DNA of 53,194 nucleotides, the filler included, from Sluysia triapertura (Eukaryota): NCBI GenBank assembly GCA_046118255.1. It is 4 parts of 4 records of this genome, joined end to end, with 100 filler letters (N's around TTAATTAATTAA, not from the genome) between each part and the next. Parts side by side here need not be neighbours in the genome. Positions count along the whole stretch, not along the records: positions 1 to 11,473 come from JBJNIA010184391.1; positions 11,574 to 25,066 come from JBJNIA010037149.1; 2 more parts are not named here. The stretch is one strand, 5' to 3'. Shown here one piece after another: positions 1 through 14,720 of the stretch. Position numbers and translations under genes: made by a program. Within the stretch, counting starts at the first letter, position 1, and every line of letters starts with the position of its first letter. The notes under the pieces are model-generated. The model saw only the letters and a program-made list of their open reading frames with translations, did not search any database and was not told the origin of the DNA.

Positions 1-2760
1 TAATTAATAAATTAACAATTATTAATTATAAATTAATGTTTTTAATTATAATTATAATTTAATTTCAGTGCACGATATCAATAGGAAGATTTGCTGCCAT
101 CATAATAATGATGTTTTTTAGAGTGTCAGCTCTTTTATTTATCGACATAGTTAGTTGTATTTAAAATAAATTTGAAATATAATATAAATAAAATTTAAAA
201 TATCAAAATATATATTTTTCGCTAAAGTATTTTTAAATTCATAAAATGGTGTTGAACTTTTATTTACTGTTTTTTATATTTATTGGATTTTATTTTTATT
301 AAGTAGAATAGTGTTTTATCATCTCAAATATTTTATTATAATTCAATTAAATGTATAATTGTTTTATTATAATTACATAGTTATATCTGAGTTTTACTAT
401 AAATAATTGTTACAATTATTTTGAAAATTTATTTCGAATTATCATTTTAAGTCCTATAACATTAATCATACTTTGATTTGCCTTTTGTTCTCAGAGATAG
501 AAGTGCAATTTGTAAATATGAGTTCAGGTGTTGATTATTTATTTAAATTTATAAAAAGTTCAAAAGAAAATTAATTAATATTTATATTAATTTCGGTATA
601 AATAAAATTAAATGAAAATTACAATATGTGGTGCCACAATTAATATATCCTTTTATTATTAGTTATTGGAGAAAATTAATTTTAATTATGATAACTACAG
701 TCACTTTTTTTAAATATAATACAGATAGCAATATATATAGAATTAAATTGATTAGGTAGTAGAATGTTGAATTGATGGTAATTAAATTACTTGATAGAAA
801 TTCAATAGTTCTTAGCTGCTATTAAATTATTATTGGCTCTTGTATTAATGTTGTATACAAAGTTTTCTGTATGTATTAATTAATTATTATGCCTTTCACC
901 ATTTTGGCTACGTATTTTATCTTTATTATAATTCAGATTATAATTGTAACCATATACTTTATTCATTATGCAAGGGTTTTCTAACTTGCTTTATGAATAA
1001 AGAATAAATATAGTGAGTTTTAAAAGTGTAGGAGGTCATATATCAAAATGTCGATTTAGGTTGATGCAATTAAATCAATTTTTGATGATTATTTTTGTGA
1101 ATATATTTCTTTTCGAAGTTGTAAGGTTAATTAAAGTCATATTATTAATGTGGATTTTACTAGGAATCTGTTAAAAGGATTAAAAAAGGATTTATATTAC
1201 GTGGTCGATAAAGTTCGACGAAATACAAAATAGGTATTAATTGTACTTCTTTTAAAACTATAAATTTTATTGATTAATTTAAAGTGTATTAATTAAAGTA
1301 TATTATTGAAGAGTAATGCTACACGAAATTTATACAATAAATAATAAATTAAAAAATTAACTATTCTGAGTTAATCTTTTAGACAGTGATTTTAATGAGT
1401 ATTTTACATTAGAAGTTTTAAATACTTCTATAATTATGAAGATTAGCGATTTTAAGTCAAATATTACGTTTTACCAATTAGGTACGACCTTAATAAAAAT
1501 AAACTAACGAAGAGATTAAAAATCAATTAATTGTTCAAGAGCCGTTTCCTTTGGATAGAATTTCAAATCACCAATATTTTGTACCAAGAGTTATTGGTAA
1601 TTTACGCCAAAAGTATCGAAAAAATCGTATTCTGCAAAATCGCATTATGTTATGAAAACGTTTGTTATTTTATAGTAGTTTTAGAACCGACCTTGACTTA
1701 AAAAATGAAATAATTTAAACAAAATTGATAATTTTATTAAGAATTTAGAAAAATTGGAGGAAAATTGATGATTTTAAAAGTAAATTAATAAATTAGAAAA
1801 TTAATTACATTTTTAAAAATTGATAAATAATTTAATCCAATAAAATTTTCAAAATAATGAATTTTCCAAAATGATTAAATAATTAATTTTCTAAATGATT
1901 ATAAATCAATAAAAATCAATAAATAAAATCAAGAAAGTTAAATAAAATTCGCACAGATCAAACTTCAATAGTTAAATACACACAGATAAAAAATTCAATA
2001 TTTACAATTCATATCCGTCTTGTTTGTATTCATGAGTATTCATTTTTTAATAATATTTTTTGAGTTTTCTTCTGAAATGTGTTTTTGGTGATAATTAAAT
2101 ATGACTGATTCTTCTTTGACATTTATTTTTATACTAATGTTTAGTTTTTGAGTGCATTTTTGTATTTATGAAAATATTTTCTCGAGTTTTTAAACGTTTT
2201 CTATTAATTTTTAGTATAAGTTACCAGTATGTATTCAGTACTTCAAATTAATTTGGGTACTTTTTTAAATTTCTATTTCTGATGAAAATAAAGTCTCATT
2301 TATAACCTAACATTTTAATTCTTAAAAAAATGAAAAATTCAGAAATGTTTATAAAATTATGCAATTAATGCCAATTTCACACTTAAGAAAGAATATATTA
2401 AATAACCAATTTCGCTTTTATTACCACATAAATCATACAACTGATTTAGACAGTACGTTTTCTAAACTTTTGCAAGTAAAAGGATCTATTACCTGTAATT
2501 TGTATCGGATCCAAATTTTAATTACTCAAATGTATTGTTCTCGAAAAGTTATTATTTATGAATGTCTTTTTTAAGTTCATTAGTTAAAATTGTGATTTCA
2601 CAGTGTCTTAGAATGCGATTTGTATTACATTTTACGAAGATTGGCATGACGCCCTAAAATAAATAATTATTTAAAGTAAATTTTCACTTTTCGTTTTTTT
2701 TAAAGAAGTTTTATCTATATATTGCATCCTTATTTGAAAATTTACATTAATATTATTGCC

Positions 2761-2840
<80 letters not shown>
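2761..2840. repeat. compound microsatellite (ATG)n(ATT)n
   Basis: Read directly from the sequence. Confidence 0.95.
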
Positions 2841-2841
<1 letters not shown>

Positions 2842-3864
2842 AAATTTTAGAGCCTGATATTATTATAATATCTTATCTTATTTTGTGAAATACAACATCT
2901 TCTCTTTATAAAAACTGCATAACTTTGAATTCAGTATTGTTTACAATGTAAAGTAATTAATCTATGTATACAAATTAAATCAAACTTTAACTTAAAAACC
3001 ATATTTTAAATTCATAAATTAGTAATGTTACCGAAACATAATTTACTAAATATAGCAATAATTACGCTTGTTATAACATTTGTTATGTGATTATTTGATT
3101 TGGAACGGATCTTAAGGACTTTATTATTTAATTTATCAGACATTTTTGAATTGTAAAAGACCTAAGATTTGCTTTAAATTTAAACTGCCCTTCCTTCCTT
3201 TTCATCACAGACAAATTGAAACAATCTCTATACTAATATCACATCAACTAGACTAATTATGAGCCATTTGTCAATTACAACACAAAGTAAATATCAACAA
3301 AACTTAAACAGATTACGAATAATTTTATAAAGTTAGATTATCTGTGATACGGAAAGCAATCATATAAGTAATCAAAATTTAAGTTAACTTACGTCTAATA
3401 AATATTTACGCTATAAATAAAACGTAAGTAATTACTAGTAGCAGCATTAAAGGTTTAAGCAATTTTTGTTATTAATTAAGTAAATATTATTACAATACAT
3501 TGTTCATAAAATAGTTATTTTAACTTGATATAAAAATCAATTTTTTAAACAAATTATTTAATTTCACAATTTTAAGTACTTTGCAAGTTATAAAAACAGC
3601 TATTTGTAGTGTGTAACCTAATCTTTTGAAATACGATTTAGGTTTGAAAATCTATAATTTTAGTAAAATCTAGTTTGGTATTTTTATTATTATTGATAAC
3701 GGTTGATAGTTTTAAGAAAAAGCAGTTATTCTTTTTTATATTTAACTGTCATTTTGAAAATACATTTTATAAATTAAGCAACAATCGACTTACTTTGAAT
3801 TCGGATACTTTGAATAAGGTTTGCAAATAAGAAATGGAAGTAACAATCATAAACTATCATATAA

Positions 3865-4070
3865 ACAGACCATTTAGGAAGATTTGGTATGCTTCCAATT
3901 TCCATAAATTTTGATTTTGGACTTTATAAACATGTACAAGACATCATCGTTTCAGTTTAAATGACTTCTAATAAGTTCTTGGAAAATAAATAATTTTATG
4001 TTTTTGAATTTGACAATTTTTCAAAAATATTAATTTTTGAAGAAATAGAACGTTTATTTCTGGACAGATG
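3865..4070 (+). repeat. dispersed repeat A, copy 1
   Basis: agaccatttaggaagatttggtatgcttccaatttccataaattttg... recurs as a diverged direct copy at ~16412-16650. Family unassigned. Confidence 0.8.
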
Positions 4071-4929
4071 AGAAACATTTAATTACAATTACACTATACA
4101 AAATTAATATGTGAAATTTCGGCCAAATTTTGGCAAATAATGCAATATAACAAAATATTTACATTATTAATATGTAATTAATTTTATAAAATTTAATTCA
4201 TAAACAGAATTATTTATAGGACCTACTTAAGTGAAAAATACTTTCTCTTTTCAGTTAAAAATTCATGTTTAATCATGAAAAAATTTTAAGATTTATTAAT
4301 TTAAATTCAAATTATGATATGCGCTGGGCATCCATTAAATAGTAATCAAAATATGGAAAGAAAAATATATGCCACCAAAATATTTTAAATATATTTAACA
4401 AAATATTTATAAGCATCATTTTTTCACTTCACGTACTTCTTCATCGGATTACAAGATCTTCTACACTTCTAAAATGAAATGATTTCGGTTATACTTTGAA
4501 TTATTTATTGAAAATAAGTATTAATTCAGAATAAGTTGTAAATTCATACCTTCTCAAGTTCAGTTAATTCAATCAAATTTTCCATACTTATTGTATGAAG
4601 CAGTATAATGTTATTCTTTTTTTTACATTTTTCTCATTGTACCAATAATTTTTGATATTGTTTCACCTATATGTTTTGCAATTTCTCTCAAAAATCAATT
4701 AATATCATGTAATAACCAAGCCATATTGGTTCATTGATTTACCTTGTGATGCTGACTTTTCATTTCTCATCAGTGTTGTCATTGTAATGACAATTTTAAA
4801 CAGCGCGATCAACACAGATGACGACAGCAACTAATTTGATACATTGAATTAAAAGTTATTAAAATGTTCTACACAATCAATAGCAACAATAATAAGAACA
4901 ACGACAGTAATATTAATAATAACAATAAT

Positions 4930-5960
4930 ATTGGTATTATTATCATCACGAAATAAAAATAGCATAAAATGGTCTTTGAACTTTCTACACGATCTTTTCT
5001 GTGATATTCTTTGCCTTCTAACATATGAATAAAAATAATAGAAATAAAACTGATTGAATAGCGGGAAGGAACAACCATAGTGAGGTATATTATGTCTTAG
5101 TTATCGTTGTTGCTTCTTGTTAAGATAATGAACTGTTTAAAGCTTAATTATTTATTTTTTTTGAAATTGCAGTGAGTTGAGTAGTAATTGAAAAGAAGCA
5201 TGTAAAGAAGGCTTATTGAAATTTATTAAAAGTTTGTAATTAAAAATAAAATTTAAGCTTTAAATGTGATAGTTTGAGATGCTGGATGAAAGGTTGAAGT
5301 TACTTTAGTTTTAAAAGATGATTACAAAATAGATCTTAACGTATTTATATTGTTATTAAAAATAAATATTGATGCTAAATATGTATAGATGAAGTCGATT
5401 TAGCTTGGTGTAGTTGATTAAGGGTTTTAATGTAAATGATTTATGTTTCTGAGGTACTTGTTAACGTTGGTGAATAGTGTCATTATGTTTATGATTTGTG
5501 TATTATATAATGTGATTGTGGCTTGTTTGTTTGAATATCTTGTGAGTGAATGTTGTGAATTATTGGAGATTACATGTCGGAGTTTGTTGTGTTGTGGATG
5601 ATTAAAAGTGTTAGTCGAATTGTTGATGCGTGTGTGTTGATGATATGTTATAAATATCGAGTGTTGTTTATGGTGGTTGTGTTGGTGCAGTTCGATAGTA
5701 AAAAGTGTAATTGTTTTGAAAATTATATTTTGGTGTAGTTTAGCTTATGAGTATTGGATGTGATGTTTTAATAAATTTTAAGTTGTGTGTGTTGGCCACT
5801 ACATGTGCATATGTTGTTGAAAAGTGTAACGTTAATCTCAAAGATAGTTCGCATAAAACATCATTCATCATAAACCAAATGCATTTAACTTTGGTTAGCG
5901 TTCCTAATCAGAAAGTGTATCCTTTACAGCTAGAACTCAGAATGTCTGCATAAACCAGCC
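4930..5960 (-). mobile_element. dispersed C/A-rich repeat B, copy 1 (probably the decayed 3' part of a non-LTR retrotransposon)
   Basis: Its reverse complement aligns by eye with 18230-19255 (e.g. catcaacaattcgactaacac vs catcaacaattcaactaacat). Both copies have a tatgcaga (YAD-like) stretch at the 5' end and a TAA-rich tail at the 3' end. Confidence 0.65.
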
Positions 5961-8739
5961 TGTGAAAGACAGTTTATCACGATAATATGAATTTTAAGTT
6001 TATTAAAATCGGCATTACCTCTAACCCATCTACGCACATTTAACATTCGATTTTGCCTTTATTTGGTTTTAATACCCCACACTTAAACACTTTCTCAATA
6101 TGGTGCCATTTATTTTTGGCCGGATTTACTTGACATTATGTACTTTTTCTAGATGTATAAAGATTATTCACAATTTCTGAAATATTTTTATGTAATAAAT
6201 CAAAGTAAATACAAATTTACCATGAAGATGTTTTAATATCATCCAAACGTTAAGGTAATAATTAAATAATATTGATATTTTTTGCTATTTTATTAAAACG
6301 TTACATAAAATTTTAAATAATTCTTTTAACCACACTTCATTTCCATAAATAATTACATCATTATTTTTATTATTTAAATAGTTTGAAAAGTTTGACATTA
6401 AAATATTTAAAATTATTGGAAACTGATATTTTATTAATTATTAACACAAATAACATCAACCATTTGTTTTTTTCCAAAAAATTGCAATAAATGTAAATAA
6501 TACTATCTTCTTTAATAATCAAAAATAATAATAAAATATAATATAAAGATTCAGAGAATTATGATTTAGCTGCAGCATCCGTTATGATTCTGTTATTTAG
6601 CAGAGTTAAAAATAAATTTGTAATTGATTTTCAGACACCATTTTCGTTAAATTAATCTAGTTGATTAATTAATGTTAAGTAACGTCTTGCGATATTATTT
6701 TCATATTATTATTAATTATTATTATGCTATCATCAATTTCACGTTACAACTTGGGATTTATAATTTAGCAAGAAAATTAATTAATTGGTTATAATCTAAA
6801 ATAACCCAAACTTGCAAGAGCTAAATTAACTAAATAATTAATTATAGACTATATAAAATCGTACTTATTTTATCAAGTCGACTGACGGTAACCGATGACC
6901 AGTAACGATGCTTTTATTTTATCATATTATTTGATAATTAATTATTATATCTTAAGAATAATTGAAGCTATTTGAACATTTTATATAAATAGTGCGTGAC
7001 AGTAAATATACTGCTATATATAATGTGTAAATATTTAAATAAAAACATTTAAAGTTCGTTTTAAACATTGACTAATTAATTAACATGCTCGTTGCCACCA
7101 ATAGTTATTTCGTGGATAGAAGTTTGTTTGTGTTAACAAATATAAAAATCTAATTAAATTAATATTAATAAGTAAAGAAAGTTTCATATGTGGAGAAATA
7201 AAAATTCGAAAAATCAATATTTATTTTACAAGAAAATCAATTTTATGTATAATTTAAAATTTTGTAAAATTAAATTTTATAATTAATTTAGGTTTGGTAC
7301 AAATAGGTGACCAAAAAATAAAATTTTGTAATGGATAAGTATTTAAAACTTATTTTCATTGCTTTATGCACATTGAATCGTTCTTTATCTTTTGATTGAT
7401 ACATTTTATTAAAAAACCACATTACTAAGCATGTTATTCCACTGAAAAACTGAAAATGAACTGACTAGAACTCGAACACAGGAACTTTTCATTACTAAAC
7501 CACTTTTCTATAAATAAATGAACAATTTATTTTAAATTTACAATTTTTAGACTTCAAAGTTACTTAATTCTTTAATTCATCAAAATTATTTTTTAGTAAT
7601 TAAATCGCAATTAATTTCTCGACTTTTTCAATTTAATTTAAAAAATTGATCTAAACAATGTTTTAGAATTTTGTCAAAAAATTCATTGTAGTAGCTTAAA
7701 AAACAGACTTTAAAATACCTTTTCGGCATTATGTTTTAAATTTTCAGAAACTCTTTCTTTTTCTATTATCATTTAGGTACTGTTTCGACAACAATCTTCC
7801 TCGATTTCTATAAAATTGCTTAGGTTTTTTTATTTAGAAGAGAATTAATAAAGGTTTCAATTTCAACTCTTCCTTCATTCTTTATGACGAAAATTGATTT
7901 TCTACTTTTGTAGATTTTGATAATAATTTTTTAAATTGTGATTCAAAGAATATAGCCTCTTTAATTAATGCCATACATATATCTAGCGGTTATATACTTT
8001 AATAAATGATTAAATTGTATTTTGTTTGCCCTGTTGTTTATTACTGAATTTCATTTATTTGATTGCTATTTCATTATATATAATAGAACTCGTTGCTTTC
8101 TTTTTGAATTTAAAAGTCATTAGTCTTAAAATATCGAAAATATTTGAATGCATAATATTTCCGTCTTTTTGTAAGGTGACATTTCGCATTTTCATTAATA
8201 TTTTCACTTTTCTATGAATTACTAGATAATTTAAGGAAAAATTGAATCCTAACAATTAATCTTAATATTTCAAAAACTACTTTCAACCTCTTATTGCACT
8301 TAAATTCTATAATATGTATGAATACAAAATTTATGGAGCTAGGATTTGAAAAAAGTGATATACTAAAAAAATATTTTGTTTAAAATTTAAAATCAATATT
8401 CTTAAATATAATATTGTTTATTAAACAATAAAAAATTTACATAGCTTATTCACGCGGAAATTTTTTACAGTTAAATTTGAAACAATTATTTATAAGTAAA
8501 GTCATCGTTCAATAATTGCGTGTAATCTTCAAGGGATGGTTCAGCAAAATTTTAGAACAAGTACATTATTGAAGTTTATAAAGTTATTAGTTTAAAGCTA
8601 TTTAATAATATTAAGTTCTAATTTCAGGGAACAATAATTATTTTAATTTATTAATATCATGTTCCTATAACCATTATAAAATTCTATATACGATTAGTCG
8701 AAGAAATTATCATCATCATTGTCAAAATAGAATAAATTA

Positions 8740-10150
8740 ATGTGATATTCATATGTGAAGCTTCGTCTTTGATAAGCAAATATCACTTGCACTCGGTATT
8801 TGATAGTAATATTTTTCTTCGGGTGATTATTATTAGCATATGAGAAAACCCTCATGAGTAAGTTTGGTCCTAGAAATGGTCGTGAGATTTCTGAGATCAG
8901 AATAAATACCTTATCGCAGTTTGGAAGCACTGCCAAAAAGAGATATATAATCTGTGATAGGAGGACCACATTGCTAACATTGGTTGAAACTTAGTGCTGA
9001 TGAGGCGTAAGAGACCACATTTTCTTGTTCTAGAATATGTAAAATATCGAGACAGATAGCTTATATGTCGTCGATGAGACGGATTTTTATAAAAGTAGGA
9101 ACGATAATGGTTTACGGTTTGTTCGTATTGCTTGGCATTAGAATGTATTCAAAGTGTTTGGCGGCTAGATAAATTGTCAGGAGTTCATGACAGAAAGATG
9201 AATGTGGTATTTGTTCAGTAGATTGTTTTTAGAATAAAATTATATATTTTGGGAATATCGTCTTTGTATTGTATTAGAACTACTCTGAATGCGGCGTTAT
9301 ATGTTTGGCAGTGGAAATACTAGGCCTTGCACTTGTGCAAGGGAATCTTTTACCTCTTGAAAACCTCTTAAAGATATTCTATTTAGTAACTTGAGTTTTC
9401 TGATAAAGCTGTTAAAGTTCTAATACTTGTGAGAGTTTCGGTAAGAAATGGCGACAATGCCATGAAAACTTCGAATTTGTGTCATTGTTCTGGTTGTGGG
9501 AAATTCTTTATTTATTCTCTACGGCTTGTAGTCTAGATGTTTCTACGAATATTGTCGCAAAATTAAACCTTCTAGCGTTTGATACATATGTCATTTGAAT
9601 GTTTGTGCAGCATTACGTAGACCAAACGATATAAGGATAAACATGAAAAGTCCAAAGGATGTGGTTACTGCTGTCTCTGATATATCCACTGGATGAAAAT
9701 ATGTTGAAACCGGCAAATAGGTGTAAAATATCAATAATAAATGGCATTGAATGTGCATCAGGATTTGTGGCTTTATTTAACATTCGGTAGTTATTAAATT
9801 CTGTTTGAAATTTGTCTTCCTTGCTATCTTATGTGGGATATCTGCCCTGTTTGATGATCTAGAATTTTGTTTCTGCACTCTACCATGAGTTCATTATGTT
9901 GAGATAAATCAGCTGCTTATGTTGGTTGATGAATTGCAGCGATGATAAAATTCCATTCAATTTTTATCTTGAATTGTGGTTGAGTCTCATAACAAGGTTT
10001 GAAGAAACTATTTGCTGTTGTTAAAAATAGTATTGGGTGTCTTGCGTGTTTAAACAATTTGCTTGGAGTAACGGAAAAAGAATGCACAATAGCGACATTC
10101 CTAGATTTTATTGCAGAGTATAATGAAGAAAGTTGCTCTTTTGGTGTGTT
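8740..10150 (-). mobile_element. decayed Ty3/gypsy LTR-retrotransposon pol (protease, RT, RNase H, start of integrase)
   Basis: Frameshifted minus-strand fragments occur in gypsy order: protease-like EWNFIIAAIHQPT*AADL; RT YRMLNKATNPD, TAVTTSFGLF and FGLRNAAQTF; RNase H ELLTIYLAAKHFEYIL and ENVVSYASS; then SRPFLGPNLLMRVF..NHP. Many stops and deletions; no LTRs seen. Confidence 0.85.
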
Positions 10151-10250
10151 TAAAATTTACGTCACATTGTATTGCGGATAGAAGATAAAGGAGCTAATAT
10201 TTTCTAAAGTTTTACAAAAAATTTAGAAATATATTTATTACTTAATTTAA

Positions 10251-10345
10251 TTAACTCACAACTGGCCCATAAAAATTCTTAATTGACTGTTGATGGCAAC
10301 ACAAAAAATGACGTATTACTACGTCAACGGCCAGTAATGAGTTAA
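10251..10345. mobile_element. short piggyBac-like MITE with TTAA ends
   Basis: TTAA-ctcacaactggcc ... ggccagtaatgag-TTAA: imperfect TIRs bounded by TTAA on both sides. Confidence 0.7.
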
Positions 10346-11329
10346 GTGTTTAAAAATTATTTTTATTCAACAAATTTCCGTATGGTATTTGCATAGAAGT
10401 GAGTATCACATAATAAAATACAATTTTAAATGTATCAGTGAAATGAACACGTTAACGCAAATAACGTAAAATCATCAGTTAAATGTATATAAAGTTTATA
10501 TAAAATATATAAAGTTTAATTTATATATGTTATAATGAGCACACTAATAAATGTATTTATCAAATTAATGTTCATTATGAGGTCATTCTAAATATGTTAT
10601 TGAAATTGACTTGTGACATACCGTTAACGTGTTGCGTATTGTATCAAAAGTTATTATTGAAAATAAGTGTATATTTGATTAAATTTATATTCAATGTAAG
10701 TTAATGTATTGTTGCATTGATAAGTATTAATATAACTATGATAGTAATATTTAATTTTATTTTGAAAAGATAAGAGTTTGTTTGCCATAAAATTCATTAT
10801 CTTCGGATAATTGCTAGATAATATTCAAAGAAAAAGAGGACAGATATCAATGTTCACATTTGATTAATAAAATTGGTCAACATGAGACCAATTCTAAGAA
10901 ATAAGTATGTCTTGTCAACATGCACAATAATTGACTCGAATTCATCTTATGACTTCCTAGGAATTATCTAAACACTACATAAAGAACCACGTTTTTCTGT
11001 CATTGCAAATTATTGTAACAGTTAATTCTTCTGAAGTAAAAAGGCTGATTCCAATTAGTAGTAATAAACACTGATTGAATCTTAGACATCTTTAGAAATA
11101 TGACTAAAATTTTATCTTTGCGCCAACTTTTAGTTCGGTCTTTAGTTTTTATTGTTTATTTATTGTACTTATGTATGTTGTGCATAGCCGTAATTAGGCA
11201 AATGCAACACGTGTATCCGCGCAGGTCCCAGGCCTGAGGAGGTCCATTAGAGGACAGACGAAAATCTATCCCATAAAGAACATTTCATTTTATGATGTCA
11301 AGTATCTAATCTAAACCACTAACTAAATT

Positions 11330-11384
11330 TACCCTCTTATTAAAGCACAAAAGCCGATTTATGTATGCTGACGATATTCTATAA
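11330..11384 (+). mobile_element. non-LTR reverse transcriptase fragment (YADD)
   Basis: Translates as LLKHKSRFMYADDIL* (ATG 11361). Isolated relic near the segment end. Confidence 0.5.
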
Positions 11385-11473
11385 TCGTTTTTAATCCATG
11401 AATCTGCTTTCTATTTTATATATACTTTTTGAACATGCATACTCGTCGTTACAAATATAATTGTTGCGTTATA

Positions 11474-11573
11474 NNNNNNNNNNNNNNNNNNNNNNNNNNN
11501 NNNNNNNNNNNNNNNNNTTAATTAATTAANNNNNNNNNNNNNNNNNNNNNNNNNNNNNNNNNNNNNNNNNNNN
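11474..11573. other. artificial gap/linker N44-TTAATTAATTAA-N44
   Basis: Identical 100-bp structure occurs three times; the 12-mer places stops in all six frames. Confidence 0.97.
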
Positions 11574-12739
11574 CTCTTACAAAAATAAGACCTTTTAAAC
11601 GTTTTTTGAAAAACTGTATATATACTTTCATTTTGGTTTACGCATTTTATTATATCGGAGATGTTCAAAACTTCCATAATTTAAGAATTGCAAGAATTTT
11701 ACTATTACTTAATTAATCTTATTCTTACAAAATGTGTTCGCCTAATAAACACGGTTTGTATCAACGTAGATGCGTTATTAAGATTTATTACATTAAATGC
11801 GTGTGTTGCTACTCCAACGGAAAGTCTTATTAAGTCGTAAAATGTGGGTAAGAAAGTATAAAATCAGAATTCTTAATATAAATTAAACTAGTTGTTTACT
11901 ATCTAGTCTATATTGAGTTAGCCTTAAGATTTAGCGTTTAGTTGAAGTAGGGTTTAGTCAATTTTAAAATTATAAATTAAGCTATCCTTCTTAAGGTTTC
12001 GTTTATAAGCTTTATAGTTTGTGCTTCTTATTTATCTTGCCACAATAATCCTTATTGCCTAAAAACACAATAACACCCCTTTGTTGATTATTTTTAAATT
12101 AATTTGATATGCACAAAAATAAGTAACAGAAACAATTCACAAAAAAGTTATAATCATTGTTTAATTTATTTTGAAAGATTCTAACTCTTAATATTTAAAA
12201 ATGTTGAATTTTAATTTAATCTATCCGTTACGGTTTAGACTACAGCTTTTATACATTCTCCTATTACGGTGAAAAAGTTTTAAACCTATGACTGGTAGAC
12301 TGAAAATTTCCAAAATTGTTGAAATTGGAATTCTAGAATTATCTTGCTATATGTTATAATGACGACCAAGTTTCACACTCTATCTATCGTGAAATTTTGG
12401 CAACCATACTGAATAGTTTAAATTAGATTTATTTAAACAAAAATTTTATTTAAAATAAAAATAAAATAAACTTTTATTTAAAATGAATAAATTAAAATTA
12501 TTAAAGTATATTTTATAATTTTAAAACATTAATTATATTATTTTAGAATTTATAATAATTTTAATAATTCAGTAAATAAAATTTTAAAAATCAAATAAAA
12601 ATTATAAAAAAAATTTAAATTCAACAGAATTGTGAAATTTACTTTTGTGTTTACTCTTGCATGGTTCTTTTGAATTCGATTTTTTTCTATTTCAATATTG
12701 AATTAGACATGATAAAATATCATCATACAAATGCAGGAT

Positions 12740-13000
12740 TAGTTTTACTATATCTTTATTAATGCATTTCTAATATTAATATTGATGTCAATTAGTGTTT
12801 ACACTTTAATAATATAAATAATATCTTTTCCTTGTTCAATTTTGGATCCATGTAGTATTCTTTATTCTGTGCTACGCTACCATATACACTTAACTTTGAT
12901 TTATTTAGCGTAGCATTGAAAACGATAAATTTTGATATTTCTCATTGATTTTCTTGAATGTTTATTCACAGTTACTTAAGCATTGAACTTAAGTTAGTAA
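12740..13000 (-). mobile_element. heavily decayed L2-like LINE fragment
   Basis: Reverse complement tacatggatccaaaattgaacaaggaaaagatatt matches atatggattcaaaaatgaacaaggaagaaaatatt in the 13.9-14.7 kb L2 copy. Confidence 0.5.
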
Positions 13001-13899
13001 TTATCTGCTTTAATAATAATAATTTATATGAATATTAATTTCATATTCGATATATGTTGTGATGGAAAGATGTCTTTAAATATTGATCATAAATATTGAT
13101 CAGCTGTGATTCGACAAAATATTGATTAGGCATTGTTTAAGAGCCACTGAAAGTTTAAATGTAGTTCCACGACAGCATCCACATTTTGTAAGCCTTGGAC
13201 AGATGAAAGTGATTAAAATTTTTAGATAGGGAAATTACAACTATTGAAACCGAAAAATGGTACTTTGAAGACACGTTGAACTTATCCAAAGAAATAGGCA
13301 CAAATCTTAGAAACTAAAAAATGCATCTTTTGAGTTCCACGTTACTTGGTAGCAAAGTAGAAATTTCCAGGAGTCTCAAGTATACTTTCTTCCTATTGAT
13401 ATGTCTCTGTCTGTGGGTCGCTCAGATGAAACAACTCGCAATGGTTTACACTCAAAAAAGGTTTTCTGGAGTCATGTTGTGAATTATGAGTTTAACGATA
13501 TCGCCTGGCAACTATTTTAAAAAATTCAGCCAATGTTTATCAATAGAAAAGCCTTAATTTTTCTTCATGACATTGCTAGGCCATTTTAATCAAAAGTTAA
13601 TCAAGGTTACAAAATTTAAATACAAAATAATTGTTCCACACTTCATGCATTGCTTCAAATATAGCTTCGCTTGACACAACAGCATTTGAAATGGCCGATG
13701 ATTATTTTATTGACTATGATTATATTTGGAATTTGTATTTATCATTTGCCATCGATTTCCTTTCCAACCTAATATAACATATCGTCGATATTTATAAGCA
13801 ACCATGTATTTTTATTATAATAGAAATATTTATGTGTGATCCCCGAGTAATTCCATATTTTATAAATACATGCTTCATTTGATTTATTTTAATAATAAA

Positions 13900-14720
13900 T
13901 AATAATGATAATGAAATAATTACTTTATATTGCGCTAATATATACTCCAAGTACTCAAATTATTCACTACAATATTTCTGAAACAGAAACAATTTTGTCT
14001 TTTTCTTAAATATTTCATAATCTTCCACTAATTTGACATTCTCTGGTAGTACTGGTTGTATAGTTTTGAAACATAAACGGTATACAACCTATCACTTAGC
14101 TTCTTATCACTGTAGATTCTGTATGGATTATTATGTCTCAATGAAATATTCATCTTGCTTTCCAAATTTTTTATTTCAAAAAGATATTCAGCACTTTCGT
14201 ATTGTAAGCATTTGTAAATTATTGTCATGATTTTAAATTATATTCTTGCTTTAATTGGCAACCAATGTAATTCCTTAAGATAAGGTGTTACATGAGATCT
14301 TATTCCAACTTTGAGAATTAATCTTGCTGCTTGATTAATTATTAATTGTAATTTTTTTCACTTTTCTATATGAAATTGAGTACAATAAACCATTGTTAAA
14401 ACCTATGTTGTTAGTTATCAATGAATGAACAATAAGTTTATATGTTTCTTATTAATAAATTTTCGAATATGTGATATTTTATTTCATTGATATTTACACT
14501 TTTTAACAATACAATTAATATTTTCTTCCTTGTTCATTTTTGAATCCATATATAACATCCTATATTTCGGTTTTTTAGTTTCGTATCTTGTATCTTACGA
14601 CCTACAATTAACTATGTTTCTTTTATTTTGAATTTGTGGCTATTTTTCTTCAATGATTTTCAAGTATTTATTTCCAAACCATTTCATCAATTCAGATATT
14701 AGTTCCTCTGTTCTTTGAAT
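13900..14720 (-). mobile_element. L2-clade LINE, 3' part of ORF2 plus tail (decayed)
   Basis: Minus strand reads HSLITNNIGFNNGLLY..KLQLIINQAARLI..HVTPYLKELHWLPIKARI*FKIMTIIYK, matching the L2/CR1-group C-terminal signature (HITPxLxxLHWLP). Ends in gcgcaatata plus a TAT-rich tail. Confidence 0.85.
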
